IMG/VR virus record: IMGVR_UViG_3300034102_003113
Length of the DNA stretch: 64,000 nt
Strand: one strand, 5' to 3'
Source: a virus
Shown here: positions 20,423-30,870 of the stretch, in pieces
Position numbering within the stretch: position 1 is the first letter of the stretch
Layout: each line of letters starts with the position of its first letter
Translations under genes and position numbers: made by a program
The notes under the pieces: model-generated
Database searches by the model: none
Told to the model about the DNA's origin: nothing
What the model saw: the letters and a program-made list of their open reading frames with translations, nothing else

Positions 20423-20425
20423 CCC

Positions 20426-21550
20426 ATGGCAGTACGCATACAAAAACCAACAGTTAACGTCAGAGAAAAGTTAGCAGAACTTGAGAGACCTATTGGGATA
20501 AATGGGGCCGCTTTGATGGCCACCAATACTCCTCAAGATGCATTTAGTTTGATTGGTGCTGGTAGAAAAAATATATTAATTAATGGCGGAATGCAAATAT
20601 GGCAAAGAGGAACATCTTTTTTAAATTTGCCAAATCAAGGAGCAACAAACTATACCGCAGATAGATGGAATGCAACTAGGTATTCATCTGGGGACCATGA
20701 TGTTACCAGACAAGAAGTTAATTATCTCGGATTTCAATATGCATTGAGATCTGAAAGAAGCACTGGAGATTCAAGTAATACATCTAGATATATAAATCAT
20801 CCTATAGAAAGTTCTATCTCTAGAACTCTTGCTGGAAAAAATGTAGTATTATCTTTTTATGCCAGAAGAGGTGCTGGTGCAGCAACAACTGCTGCAGTTA
20901 ATGGATCACATATAACTGCATATATAGTATATCATGTTGATAATAGTTTTTTGGATGATGGGATGTTTTACGTTGGATTTAAAAATGCATCCACATCAAC
21001 AGCAGCATTTAAAGCCATAATTTTGTCAACAGACTTTCAAAAATTTGAACTTACTGGATTTATTCCATCAAATGTTAGGCAAATTGGAATTGCTTTTGGA
21101 ACACCAGAAGGTATTCCAACTGCAGTTGCAAATGATTATTTTGATATTACTGGAGTTCAATTAGAAGAAGGCAGAGTTGCTACACCCTTTGAGCATCGTA
21201 GTATTGGTGAAGAACTTGCATTGTGTCAGAGGTATTTTTATACTTTAGAACAGCAGCAAAATTCTGGAGGAATAACAGGAACAGCTACAAATACTGTTAC
21301 TAGGTATCAATTTCCAGTTGAAATGAGAGTTGCACCGACTGCATCTATTATTACTGCAGGAAGCTGGATTCTTGGCAATGATTACAGTAGTAATTACACG
21401 GCATCCACAGCAAGTATTATAGCATCCTCATTAACAAAAAAAGGTGGAAGAATTGTAATTGGTGGATTTGCTGCCTTTAATACTAATTTTTTCGTAGCGG
21501 GTACAGATTCTTCTGGCACAGCTATTATTGGGTTAAATTCTGAACTATAA
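20426..21550 (+). CDS. Tail fibre protein with galactose-binding-like domain
   Basis: KNILINGGMQIWQRG, ADRW and TGVQLEEG..ATPFEHR...EL.LCQRY motifs. Confidence 0.8.
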   Translation: MAVRIQKPTVNVREKLAELERPIGINGAALMATNTPQDAFSLIGAGRKNILINGGMQIWQRGTSFLNLPNQGATNYTADRWNATRYSSGDHDVTRQEVNYLGFQYALRSERSTGDSSNTSRYINHPIESSISRTLAGKNVVLSFYARRGAGAATTAAVNGSHITAYIVYHVDNSFLDDGMFYVGFKNASTSTAAFKAIILSTDFQKFELTGFIPSNVRQIGIAFGTPEGIPTAVANDYFDITGVQLEEGRVATPFEHRSIGEELALCQRYFYTLEQQQNSGGITGTATNTVTRYQFPVEMRVAPTASIITAGSWILGNDYSSNYTASTASIIASSLTKKGGRIVIGGFAAFNTNFFVAGTDSSGTAIIGLNSEL

Positions 21551-21554
21551 AAAT

Positions 21555-22286
21555 ATGAAATATAAACTAACACAAAGCAATACGCATCGTCTTTCCGACA
21601 ACGCTTTTATTCCATCAGACCCAGCAAACTCGGACTACCAAAAATTCATCCAAGACGTTGCTGAGCAAGGAATACAAATCGTAGAAGGTCCAGACATTAT
21701 CGAACCTTCCTACGTTGAACTCAGACAACAAGAGTATCCTCCTCTACAAGAACAACAGGATATGCAGTACTGGGACCAAATCAATGGAACCACAATCTGG
21801 CAAGACACAATAACTGAAATCAAAGAACAGTATCCAAAGACTATCACGGGTGGGGTGACGATCGGTCCGGTGCCATCCTGGGTCCAGGAGGCCGCGGATA
21901 ACTGGATGTTTAATAAGCAACTCAGGGACTATGCTGGTGCCGTAGATCGCTTGGCCCAATACATCCTTGCGGAAGGCCGCCCCGAACTCACAGAAGAGAT
22001 CATAGTTGGCGAGGAGCCTATGCTCGATGAGAACGACCTCCCCACCCTTGACGAGGAGGGCAACCCTCTCACCATCCCCGTCACCCAGACCATCACCATC
22101 CAGATGGCAATCGATCCGCTACCGGAGTTTATCGAGGTGACCACCGGGTTTGACATCGAGACTGGCGATCCCATCACCGAGAAGGTCCGTAACCCCGATA
22201 TCGTCAGGGACGAGGAGGAGAGAGCCGCGGCTCAGCGTACTATCGACTCTACCCCTCAGGCCATAGTGGACGCTTTCTGGGGCTAG
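21555..22286 (+). CDS. Putative tail fibre assembly/chaperone protein (composite)
   Basis: D.AFIP.DPAN.DYQ and R..EYP...EQ.DM.YWD motifs, which are typical of small genes following phage fibres. Confidence 0.6.
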   Translation: MKYKLTQSNTHRLSDNAFIPSDPANSDYQKFIQDVAEQGIQIVEGPDIIEPSYVELRQQEYPPLQEQQDMQYWDQINGTTIWQDTITEIKEQYPKTITGGVTIGPVPSWVQEAADNWMFNKQLRDYAGAVDRLAQYILAEGRPELTEEIIVGEEPMLDENDLPTLDEEGNPLTIPVTQTITIQMAIDPLPEFIEVTTGFDIETGDPITEKVRNPDIVRDEEERAAAQRTIDSTPQAIVDAFWG

Positions 22287-22300
22287 TAGTGAGCCACTAA

Positions 22301-22308
22301 GTTTAAAG
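22301..22308 (+). promoter_or_regulatory. GTTTAAAG putative late promoter
   Basis: Exact intergenic motif 32 nt upstream of ATG 22341. Confidence 0.65.
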
Positions 22309-22340
22309 TCTATGAAGAAACGTAGGAAAGAGCGCAGCGC

Positions 22341-25300
22341 ATGGCCTATTTAGGAAGAAATCCGGCAATTGGAACGCAAAAGATGCTCGATTCGCTCGAG
22401 TCGCAGTTCAATGGCGTCCTTACCACCTTCAACCTAAGGTTCAACGCCCAACCAACCTACCCAACTCTCTCAGCCTCGCTCATAGTCTCCCTTGGAGGCG
22501 TCCTCCAGGAACCCGGGCAGGCCTATTATGTATCATCGGACACAATTGTGTTTTCCGAGGCGCCCGCCGCTGGGACGGATTGTTGGATCCTGCTCTATAG
22601 TGAGTATGGGGCTGGTATCATCCCCGACCAACAAGGGAATTTTGGCGCTGCTACTCTGACACTTACCGGGGAACTCCGTGGCCCCAGCACCTTCATCATC
22701 GATCCGGCGGTAGTGGGTGATGATACGGGGGACGTGGTTATTAAGGGTAACCTGACCGTCCAGGGTGCCACCACCACAATTAACTCCACAACGCTGACAG
22801 TTGACGATAAGAATATAGTCCTTGCTGATTCAGCCTCGCCGACCGACGCCCTAGCAGATGGAGGCGGCATAACGCTGAAAGGCACCACGGATAAAACGAT
22901 TAACTGGGTCGATGCCACAGACGCTTGGACAAGTAGTGAGCGATTTAGTTACCCTTTGGGTAGCGCTACTGCTCCGGCGCTAACTTTCACTGGCGATCCC
23001 AACACCGGCATCTATTCCCCTGGCGCAGACCAAGTAGCCATCTCGACTAATGGCACTGGGCGGTTGTTTGTTGATGCGAGTGGCAGGATTGGTATTGGGA
23101 CGACGAACCCTAATGGAACTTTAGAGGTCGCAAATGGTGATGCATACATTACCAAAAACTCTGGGGGTGATGCTGGGGGCGTCACGTCCCAGTCTCTTTA
23201 CATAAGAACGCAGAGCGGAAATCTTGCTCGCCTGTACTCAATTAGTTCTGGAAGTGGAGGTCCAAATGGTTTTGGGGGAACTCTTTATATTCAAACTAAG
23301 GTTGATAACGGAAGCCTTGCTGATCACGTTGTTATTACACAGGCTGGCTTGGTGGGTATTGGGACGACGAGTCCCAGCGAGAAGGTCACTATTGGGGCAG
23401 GCTTGGAGACAGGGAGGCAATATCTTCGTCTTAATTTTTCCAATACAGATACATACATCGGACAAAGTAACGGAACCATATTTGGTCTTACTTCTGGCAA
23501 TGGTAGTTTTATTGTCTCTGACGCTGGAGTACCTCTTGGTGTTGGCACAGTAACAAGTCAGTCTCTGATTCTAGGTACAAACGGCCTAGAACGCGCTCGC
23601 ATCGACAGCTCCGGCCGCGTTGGCATTGGCATTACTAACCCAAGCGAGTTACTACATGTAAATGGAAACCTTGCGTTAGATAACGCTGTGCTTAACACGC
23701 CCAAGTACATCAAGTTTAATGCAAACGCAATCGGAAATCCCTATGGAGGAATTACATGGTACAATTATCAATGGGACTCCACCAAGCGAGCCGAGATCTC
23801 TTCTGGTCCTGATGGTGCTGTAGCCGCTGGCTATCTTGCTTTTTCCACGGGGTCCGGTGGTATAACCGAACGCCTCCGCATCACCTCCGCTGGTAATGTT
23901 GGTATTGGCACAGATAATCCAACTGCAAAATTAGAAGTTTCAAATTCTTCTGGAACAACTGGAATTTTAATATCTAATAATGTCGCAATATCACTCAAAG
24001 ACTCAACTGGAGCTGCTAGAAGAACAGCTTTACTGAGTGATTCTAATAATTTTTATTATGGAGATGTAGATAATGCAACATCCGGTGGAAATTTATTTTT
24101 ACTATCAAAAGGAAATATAAATTTCTTTAATAATGGAACAAATAATGTAACATTTAGTTCAACCGGATTTGTCGGTATCGGAACGGCAAATCCAACTGCA
24201 AAATTAGATGTCAGAGGTCCTGCTTATTTTGTAGGATCAAATACAAACAGAAGCACTACAATTGACACTAGCGTTTATATCAAAGGTGAATTGGGTGGAT
24301 GGGTCGAAGGTTATTATTTCAGAGGTTCTAGTAATACCAACCTAGGCGGATTTGGTATATACGGAAACAATGACACAACCGCGTATTTTTGGATAGGACC
24401 ATCTTATTCTTCTCCGTCATTAGTAATAGCTTCAAATGGAAATGTTGGAATTGGAACAGCCAGCATTGCAGAAAAATTACATATACACAATCCAGATACC
24501 GGATTGGCTGCAATTAGATTATCTGGTTCAGCTGGTTCACAGACCCCGTATAACATCCGACAGGGTGTAGTCGGTGTTTCTAATGGGGGATTTAGTATTT
24601 GGGATGTTACTGCGGCGGCTACTAGATTTGCAATTGATTCTGCTGGAAATATTGGTATTGGTACTGATGCTCCAATAGATAAATTACATGTATCAGGCGG
24701 ACAAACTAGAATATCCTCTAGAGCAAAAACTCTAACTGGTGATATTTTAGTACTATCCACTACAGAATCGGCTAACCGCATGGAATTACTAATTTCACAT
24801 GCGGCAACTAATTACCATAGAATTCAATCTGTGCATCAGGGCGTGGCATATACTGCGCTATGTTTGCAAAATGATGGCGGAAATGTTGGAATCGGAGTAA
24901 CAAATCCGTCAGAAAAACTTGAAGTTAATGGAAATCTAAGGGTAACTTTAGATGCTGGAAGTCAAAAAAACGTTGCAAGGATAGTAGAATTAGGATACTC
25001 GGGAATTACTGGAGCAAAAAATTGGGCACTTAGGGGAGTTTATCAACATCCATCTGGTGTTAGTGTTAATGCAGATGGTGGAGATTTGGATCTTATCAAA
25101 TCTTTAAATGGAAATACCATCCTTGCAACAAAAACTGATGGAACTGCACTTGGTAATGTTGGCATAGGGACCACAAATCCAACTTCAGCTCTTCATGTAA
25201 TTGGCAGTGGCACTTTTACTGGATCGGTTTCTGCTGCAGGAACTAGTGGATTTTACAGTAGTACGTTTGCAAATAATGTAAGAAACCCCATCTGGAGATT

Positions 25301-27503
25301 TGCAAATGCTGATGGTTATGGACTTAGTTATTTCCAAGGTAGTGCAGGAGTAAGTCCGGCAGGGGGCGGAGATACTATTGGTTTCCATTTTGGAACTGCA
25401 ACTGCTGCGGCATCTCTTCTACAATTAAATAATGGCCATGGTGCAGTTGTTAATGGTAATTTTGCTGCAACTGGAAATGTTGGCATCGGTACAACAAATC
25501 CAAGTGAAAAATTATATGTAGTTGGCACTATCGTCGGGGCTAGTAATGACAATTATTTCGGCAATTTTTCATCTGGAGCATATGTAGACATTGGCAATTT
25601 AGCCACAACTGAGGCATGGATAGATACTAGAAGTTCTTCTCTTGCTACTGTTGATCTCAACATGCGAACTAAGGGAAATGGGCAGATAAAATTTATAACG
25701 GGTGTTGAAGAGCGTCTTAGAATTACTGGAGCTGGAAATGTCGGCATAGGAACCACAAATCCAGAAATGGCTCTTCATGTATTTACTCCATCTGACACTG
25801 TTCCAGTAAGAATTGCAAGCAATGGTGGAGATTCTTCCATCGGATTTAAAGCTGCAGCAGATGCATTAACCTACAATACGAGATGCGGTTCATATCAAGG
25901 TGCTGGATTTGGCATTTGGACTGCAAATACTCTTAGATTTGTGTTAAATAATAGTGGGTACGTTGGAATTGGAACCAATAACCCAACCGCAAAATTAGTT
26001 GTTGATGGAGGAGGGCCAAGTTCAATTGCTTTTAGAGACGACTCTATTGAAAACCATAAGTCCGACTCTGATTCAGCCGCATTAGTTCTCAATTACTATG
26101 GATTGAATGGAGGAACAAGTAGGTTTAGAGACGTTGCTATCTATAATGGTAAGGGTGGATTTATTTCTATTTTTGATGGATCCAGTGGTAATGTCGGTAT
26201 AGGAACCACAAATCCACTTTCTAAACTTCATATAACAGGTCAATTACAAACAGCAAACCCATCTACATATTCAGCAATTACAGGTATTGACTATGGAAAC
26301 AGTTATCCAATTTACTGCACTGAAGTAAATGCCGGTTCTGGTGGATTTACTCCTTTCATACTACAAAGAACGGTTGTTAATAGCGGATATAGACAAATTT
26401 TAAGCATTGGTTCTTATAGAGCAAATGGTGGTAGTTATACTGGAGGTGCTTATATTGCACCTGGAGGAGGAAGTGATTCTAGTCCGACTGATTATTTCTT
26501 ATTCTCATACCAAGGTTCTCTGAGTTACAGTGGAGGAACAATCTCTTTCCCTGGACAGATTCAATCGACCCAAGGAAACAATGCTGCAACTGGTGGTGGT
26601 CAAATATACCTGAATGGGTCAACAGGGAATAGAATTGACTTTAATACTAGCGGTGTTGCTCCACCGGCCCTTGTTGGGACTGGAGGTGCTACCCGAAGTG
26701 CTGGAACCAAGATCGTGTTATATCCTGGGGGTTCTCCTTCTTACGCTGATGCTGGATTTGGTATTGAAGATAATACTTTATGGTCCTCCATTTGGGGTAC
26801 AGCACATCAATTCAAATGGTACGCAGGGACTACTAATATCGCAACATTAACTGGTGGTGGTAACCTAACTGTTACTGGAGAAATTCAAGCAACACTCTTT
26901 AGAGATTATAATGATAATAACTATTACGTAAATCCTGCAGGTACAAGTAGATTAAATACTCTGAGAATTTTTTCTAACTCTAGCGCTGATTGGGACGCAA
27001 TACAAATCTCTACTGACGGAGTTAGTGGATTAATCCAGGGTCTTGGTGATGAAGTCGGATTGAAACTAAGGTCTGAGTTAGGTAATATCATTCTTGCCGA
27101 TGATAGAGGTAATGTTGGCATCGGAACCACGAACCCAGCGTACAAACTCGAAGTTAACGGGTCATTCGCCGCCACTACGAAGTCCTTTGTAATCCCCCAC
27201 CCGACTAAGGAGGGCTATCGCCTCCGCTACGGAAGCCTCGAAGGCCCTGAGAACGGCGTCTATGTTCGTGGCAGAAGCAAGGTTTCTGTTATCGAGTTAC
27301 CTGAGTACTGGACAAAGCTCGTGGACCCAGACTCCATCACGGTGAACCTTACCCCGATAGGCAAAACTCAGACGCTCTGGGTTGAAAGCATTGAGGAGAA
27401 TACGGTGTATGTTGGATCAGAGTGCTCCGAGGTGGAGTACTTTTATACGATATTTGCCGAACGAGCTGATGTAGATAGACTAGAAGTAGAACTGGAGGGA
27501 TGA
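22341..27503 (+). CDS. Long tail fibre protein (1720 aa) with 14 GxVGIGxxxP repeats
   Basis: N-terminal FNG..TTF.L...LGGVLQEP anchor, a repeat array, and a C-terminal TKSF.I.HP...L.Y.SLEGPE chaperone-like domain. Confidence 0.9.
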   Translation: MAYLGRNPAIGTQKMLDSLESQFNGVLTTFNLRFNAQPTYPTLSASLIVSLGGVLQEPGQAYYVSSDTIVFSEAPAAGTDCWILLYSEYGAGIIPDQQGNFGAATLTLTGELRGPSTFIIDPAVVGDDTGDVVIKGNLTVQGATTTINSTTLTVDDKNIVLADSASPTDALADGGGITLKGTTDKTINWVDATDAWTSSERFSYPLGSATAPALTFTGDPNTGIYSPGADQVAISTNGTGRLFVDASGRIGIGTTNPNGTLEVANGDAYITKNSGGDAGGVTSQSLYIRTQSGNLARLYSISSGSGGPNGFGGTLYIQTKVDNGSLADHVVITQAGLVGIGTTSPSEKVTIGAGLETGRQYLRLNFSNTDTYIGQSNGTIFGLTSGNGSFIVSDAGVPLGVGTVTSQSLILGTNGLERARIDSSGRVGIGITNPSELLHVNGNLALDNAVLNTPKYIKFNANAIGNPYGGITWYNYQWDSTKRAEISSGPDGAVAAGYLAFSTGSGGITERLRITSAGNVGIGTDNPTAKLEVSNSSGTTGILISNNVAISLKDSTGAARRTALLSDSNNFYYGDVDNATSGGNLFLLSKGNINFFNNGTNNVTFSSTGFVGIGTANPTAKLDVRGPAYFVGSNTNRSTTIDTSVYIKGELGGWVEGYYFRGSSNTNLGGFGIYGNNDTTAYFWIGPSYSSPSLVIASNGNVGIGTASIAEKLHIHNPDTGLAAIRLSGSAGSQTPYNIRQGVVGVSNGGFSIWDVTAAATRFAIDSAGNIGIGTDAPIDKLHVSGGQTRISSRAKTLTGDILVLSTTESANRMELLISHAATNYHRIQSVHQGVAYTALCLQNDGGNVGIGVTNPSEKLEVNGNLRVTLDAGSQKNVARIVELGYSGITGAKNWALRGVYQHPSGVSVNADGGDLDLIKSLNGNTILATKTDGTALGNVGIGTTNPTSALHVIGSGTFTGSVSAAGTSGFYSSTFANNVRNPIWRFANADGYGLSYFQGSAGVSPAGGGDTIGFHFGTATAAASLLQLNNGHGAVVNGNFAATGNVGIGTTNPSEKLYVVGTIVGASNDNYFGNFSSGAYVDIGNLATTEAWIDTRSSSLATVDLNMRTKGNGQIKFITGVEERLRITGAGNVGIGTTNPEMALHVFTPSDTVPVRIASNGGDSSIGFKAAADALTYNTRCGSYQGAGFGIWTANTLRFVLNNSGYVGIGTNNPTAKLVVDGGGPSSIAFRDDSIENHKSDSDSAALVLNYYGLNGGTSRFRDVAIYNGKGGFISIFDGSSGNVGIGTTNPLSKLHITGQLQTANPSTYSAITGIDYGNSYPIYCTEVNAGSGGFTPFILQRTVVNSGYRQILSIGSYRANGGSYTGGAYIAPGGGSDSSPTDYFLFSYQGSLSYSGGTISFPGQIQSTQGNNAATGGGQIYLNGSTGNRIDFNTSGVAPPALVGTGGATRSAGTKIVLYPGGSPSYADAGFGIEDNTLWSSIWGTAHQFKWYAGTTNIATLTGGGNLTVTGEIQATLFRDYNDNNYYVNPAGTSRLNTLRIFSNSSADWDAIQISTDGVSGLIQGLGDEVGLKLRSELGNIILADDRGNVGIGTTNPAYKLEVNGSFAATTKSFVIPHPTKEGYRLRYGSLEGPENGVYVRGRSKVSVIELPEYWTKLVDPDSITVNLTPIGKTQTLWVESIEENTVYVGSECSEVEYFYTIFAERADVDRLEVELEG
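23082..27137 (+). repeat. Array of about 30-nt in-frame repeats encoding GNVGIGTxNP
   Basis: Repeat starts at 23082, 23346, 23613, 23892, 24165, 24438, 24645, 24879, 25152, 25473, 25734, 25956, 26187 and 27108. Confidence 0.85.
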
Positions 27504-27507
27504 TCTC

Positions 27508-28755
27508 ATGTCACTAGGACACTCACCATCTATTGTTACCAACGGATTAGTTCTTTGCTTAGATGCTGCGAACTACAAGAGTTTTAAGGGTGTTAACGCA
27601 ACTAATGTTTTAAACTCTATAGCCTATACTCAAGGCAATGTCAATAACTCTTTATACAAATACATCCAAGGTTCTGAAAATGTTAATATACCATCAATTG
27701 GGTATGTAAATTGTCCCTATGTGGATATTTACAATGACTATAATGGCGGTTCTGGAAATTGTTGTCCTAACTTATTCTCGTATGGAACCTCACTATCAGT
27801 TTCTCCAAATACAACATACACATACTCAATAATTTATAAAACTACCACAGGGTACAGTAACCCAAACTACATGTATCGGTATGAATATACAAGTAGTGGT
27901 GCTTATGCTGGAGAAGCTGGAGTACATAGCACCAGCAACAGAACATCCCTAGGGGACGGTTGGTGGTTTGCTTGGGGTCAATTTACTACTGGTCCGTCAA
28001 CAGCGATTCTAAATACTTACCTATTTCATTATGAATATGCAACACAAAACCGAGTTTATGTCTATCGTGCCGCATTATACCAGGGAACATATATAATCCC
28101 ACCAGAGCATATGCTCAATGTTGGTCAGGTGAGAGGAACCACCGTGGCAACAGGCGGTGGTTGGGCAGATTTAACTGGTACTAGTAATCATGGTGAATTG
28201 GTAAATGGACCAACTTATAATAGTTCCAATGGTGGTTCTTTGGTTTTTGATGGAAGTAATGATATGATTATTATTCCCGAAAACTCAGCACTAAATACTC
28301 AGACACCATCAGTTGAAGTTTGGGTAAAAACAAATGCAACCACACAGAATGGATTTTGGTTTGAAAAGGGAACTGTAAACACTCAATACTCATTATTCCA
28401 AGAAGGTGGTGTTATACAATGGAGACAAAATTTTAGTGGTAGTGGTACTACTAACTTAAGTACAACAACTGCAACTTATATGAACACCTCAAATTGGTAT
28501 CAAGTTGTTGGAACTTTTACCTCTGGAGCAAGAAGATTATACATTAATGGCGTTTTAGTTAATTCAGACACTCAGGGCGGGACAATTACTACTAATGCGA
28601 ATGGTATGTCTATAGGTGTTTATGGGGGATTCAATGGTAGTAGAGGATATTATTATAATGGAAATATTTCTGCAGTAAAAATTTATAATAAAGAACTAAC
28701 AGCGGCAGAAGTTCAACAAAATTTTAATGCAACCAGAGGGAGGTTTGGAATCTAA
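27508..28755 (+). CDS. LamG/ConA-like protein with inserted domain
   Basis: GLVLCLDAAN...FDGSND...WYQVVGT...LYING...QQNFNA.RGRFG. Confidence 0.85.
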   Translation: MSLGHSPSIVTNGLVLCLDAANYKSFKGVNATNVLNSIAYTQGNVNNSLYKYIQGSENVNIPSIGYVNCPYVDIYNDYNGGSGNCCPNLFSYGTSLSVSPNTTYTYSIIYKTTTGYSNPNYMYRYEYTSSGAYAGEAGVHSTSNRTSLGDGWWFAWGQFTTGPSTAILNTYLFHYEYATQNRVYVYRAALYQGTYIIPPEHMLNVGQVRGTTVATGGGWADLTGTSNHGELVNGPTYNSSNGGSLVFDGSNDMIIIPENSALNTQTPSVEVWVKTNATTQNGFWFEKGTVNTQYSLFQEGGVIQWRQNFSGSGTTNLSTTTATYMNTSNWYQVVGTFTSGARRLYINGVLVNSDTQGGTITTNANGMSIGVYGGFNGSRGYYYNGNISAVKIYNKELTAAEVQQNFNATRGRFGI

Positions 28756-30512
28756 TGGCAGTAGCATATAACCCACAAACAGCAACAAACGGACTCGTAT
28801 TCTCATTTGATGCAGCGAATCAAAAGTGTATTTCTCCATTAGGTTGCACAGGATTCAATACTGCACCACAACTTGTAAAGAATTTGATGTCTCAGTCTGA
28901 TGCAATTAATTCTTACAATGGAGTTAAACTCGGTAACCTTAGTTACTATACCGCTTTTGCTATTAATTATCCCGAAAGTTCTTTTGGTGGTGATGCTGCA
29001 AGTAGAGAAGGAATAACTCCAGGATATAATGTTAGAAGTGGAACTAAACTTTTTGATTATGAAAGAGCATTGAACTACGCAGTTTATAATAATCCAACAC
29101 AATCTTGGGTAAAAACTACAGTTTATGATACATATCTATATGCCTCAGAAGTCGATAGATTTGTTACTGAGTATGCAACTGCTGTAGCTACGTACCCAGA
29201 TGCTGTTCATATTGTTGCTGGTTCACACAGAGATTCATATCATAATGCTGCACAATATAATATTTTAAGAGATTTAGGTGCTCCAAGTAATGTGGATTCA
29301 ATTATTGGATTTGCTTCTCCAGAATGGATTTTAGTTGGAAAACCTGGATTGGGTGCAGGAAATGCTTATGGGTGGGTATTTGAAAATTATTCTACAAATC
29401 CAACCGAAGTTGCTCACTTAAATTTTGGATTGCCGATTTATGGTGGTACTGGCAATTACTTAGAGTTTGATGGTGCGGATGATTTTATCACAACTTCAAA
29501 TACTACAATAGCTGGAAGTCAAACATTTTCTGTTTGGATGTCAGTTGGAACAACAACTCCAAATGCTCCCGCTGGAGTTCTTACTCAACATAACTATGCT
29601 TCCACTGCTAATTTTGGAATTAATCATGTTGCAGGAAATAGACTTGCTGCTTCAATTGGTTATACAAATGATACTAGAGAATATGATAATAAATATACAA
29701 CATTTACCCCTACAGTAAATACTATTTTTAACGCAGTTTTAGTATATAATGCAGGAGAAAATAAAATTTATTGGTACATAAATGGGTCTTTAGATTCATC
29801 ATATACATTACCAGCAACTCCAAAATCAACAAACTATCCAATTTGTCTTGGTAGATGGGATGCTGGATACGGTGCTTATTATTTTAATGGAAAAGTATAC
29901 TCGGCAACAATACATAATACAGCACTTACTGCAGACCAGATCAAACAGAACTTTAATGCATTAAAGGGTAGATTTACATATGAACAATTAACTTATATTA
30001 TAAGTGGAAATTTAACAGTAACTGGAAATGGAACTGCAAATGTAAATATATTTAAAACCTCTGGGTCGAGTTCTTGGGACAATCAAGCATATAGCACAAC
30101 CTCATTTACTGCACCTTGCACTATAGAGTTTAACAAACAAGCGGAATCTGCAGATTATGGTACAGCTTACGCTATGATTGGGTGGAATGAAGATCCAACT
30201 GCAAATGCAAGTTATGCTAGCATAGATTATGCTTCCTATCCTTATGCCACTAGTAATTACCAAGTATATCACAACGGATCTCTAGTTCAAAATGGAGGAA
30301 CCTGGAGTACATCAAATAGGTTCTATATTGTCTATGGAACTGATGGTTTCATAAGACATTATAATGGTTCTACATTACTTTATTCCGTTAATTATGGTAC
30401 AGGAAGAACTGTATATGTTGATAGTAGTTTTTATTCTGTTAATTCTACATTTGGTGGATTTTCCAATATTAAAGTAATTAGATCTACTTGGAACGGATCT
30501 TCTTATGTTTAA
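28755..30512 (+). CDS. LamG/ConA-like protein with ILEI-like insertion and extra C-terminal domain
   Basis: LamG frame as in its neighbours. The insert contains HIVAGSHRD...LRDLGA...WILVGKPG. Confidence 0.8.
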   Translation: MAVAYNPQTATNGLVFSFDAANQKCISPLGCTGFNTAPQLVKNLMSQSDAINSYNGVKLGNLSYYTAFAINYPESSFGGDAASREGITPGYNVRSGTKLFDYERALNYAVYNNPTQSWVKTTVYDTYLYASEVDRFVTEYATAVATYPDAVHIVAGSHRDSYHNAAQYNILRDLGAPSNVDSIIGFASPEWILVGKPGLGAGNAYGWVFENYSTNPTEVAHLNFGLPIYGGTGNYLEFDGADDFITTSNTTIAGSQTFSVWMSVGTTTPNAPAGVLTQHNYASTANFGINHVAGNRLAASIGYTNDTREYDNKYTTFTPTVNTIFNAVLVYNAGENKIYWYINGSLDSSYTLPATPKSTNYPICLGRWDAGYGAYYFNGKVYSATIHNTALTADQIKQNFNALKGRFTYEQLTYIISGNLTVTGNGTANVNIFKTSGSSSWDNQAYSTTSFTAPCTIEFNKQAESADYGTAYAMIGWNEDPTANASYASIDYASYPYATSNYQVYHNGSLVQNGGTWSTSNRFYIVYGTDGFIRHYNGSTLLYSVNYGTGRTVYVDSSFYSVNSTFGGFSNIKVIRSTWNGSSYV

Positions 30513-30515
30513 CAT

Positions 30516-30522
30516 CTAAATA
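30516..30522 (+). promoter_or_regulatory. CTAAATA, T4-like late-promoter-type site
   Basis: Intergenic, 11 nt upstream of ATG 30534. Confidence 0.4.
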
Positions 30523-30533
30523 CTTAAAAAACT

Positions 30534-30869
30534 ATGTACAAATCAAGAAATTTTATAATCTTCTCAGTAGAAGAAATCAACAAAATTGACTTTAATTCTG
30601 TTCTAGAAACGTCACCAGATACTTTGAGAAGATCTGCTGATGGGACTAAAACTTTTGTCAAATGGGATCAGGCACCATTTGATCCGACTCCATATACAAT
30701 TATAAATGCAGAGACAGGTGAGGAACAAACTATTATTCCACAAGAACCCACTCCACCAAGTTTTATAAATGATCTTCAAACAAAAGAAGGTCCTTATACA
30801 TATGAAGAAATGCTGGCGATTTTAAATGGTCCAGAATGGACTGCACCTATGCCAATGGGAGAGGAGTAA
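30534..30869 (+). CDS. Small phage protein accompanying LamG genes
   Basis: IDF..VLETS..TLRRS.DGTKTFVKW...YT.EE.L.IL..PEW pattern. Confidence 0.75.
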   Translation: MYKSRNFIIFSVEEINKIDFNSVLETSPDTLRRSADGTKTFVKWDQAPFDPTPYTIINAETGEEQTIIPQEPTPPSFINDLQTKEGPYTYEEMLAILNGPEWTAPMPMGEE

Positions 30870-30870
30870 A

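Noticed and set aside
23082-27137. CRISPR-like repeat-spacer array
   Set aside because: The repeats are degenerate at codon third positions and lie in frame within a fibre gene, spacers exceed 200 nt, and there are no cas genes.
30826-30870. Track start codon for the third LamG gene
   Set aside because: It overlaps the upstream gene. GTG 30871 has an RBS and matches the paralog N-termini.
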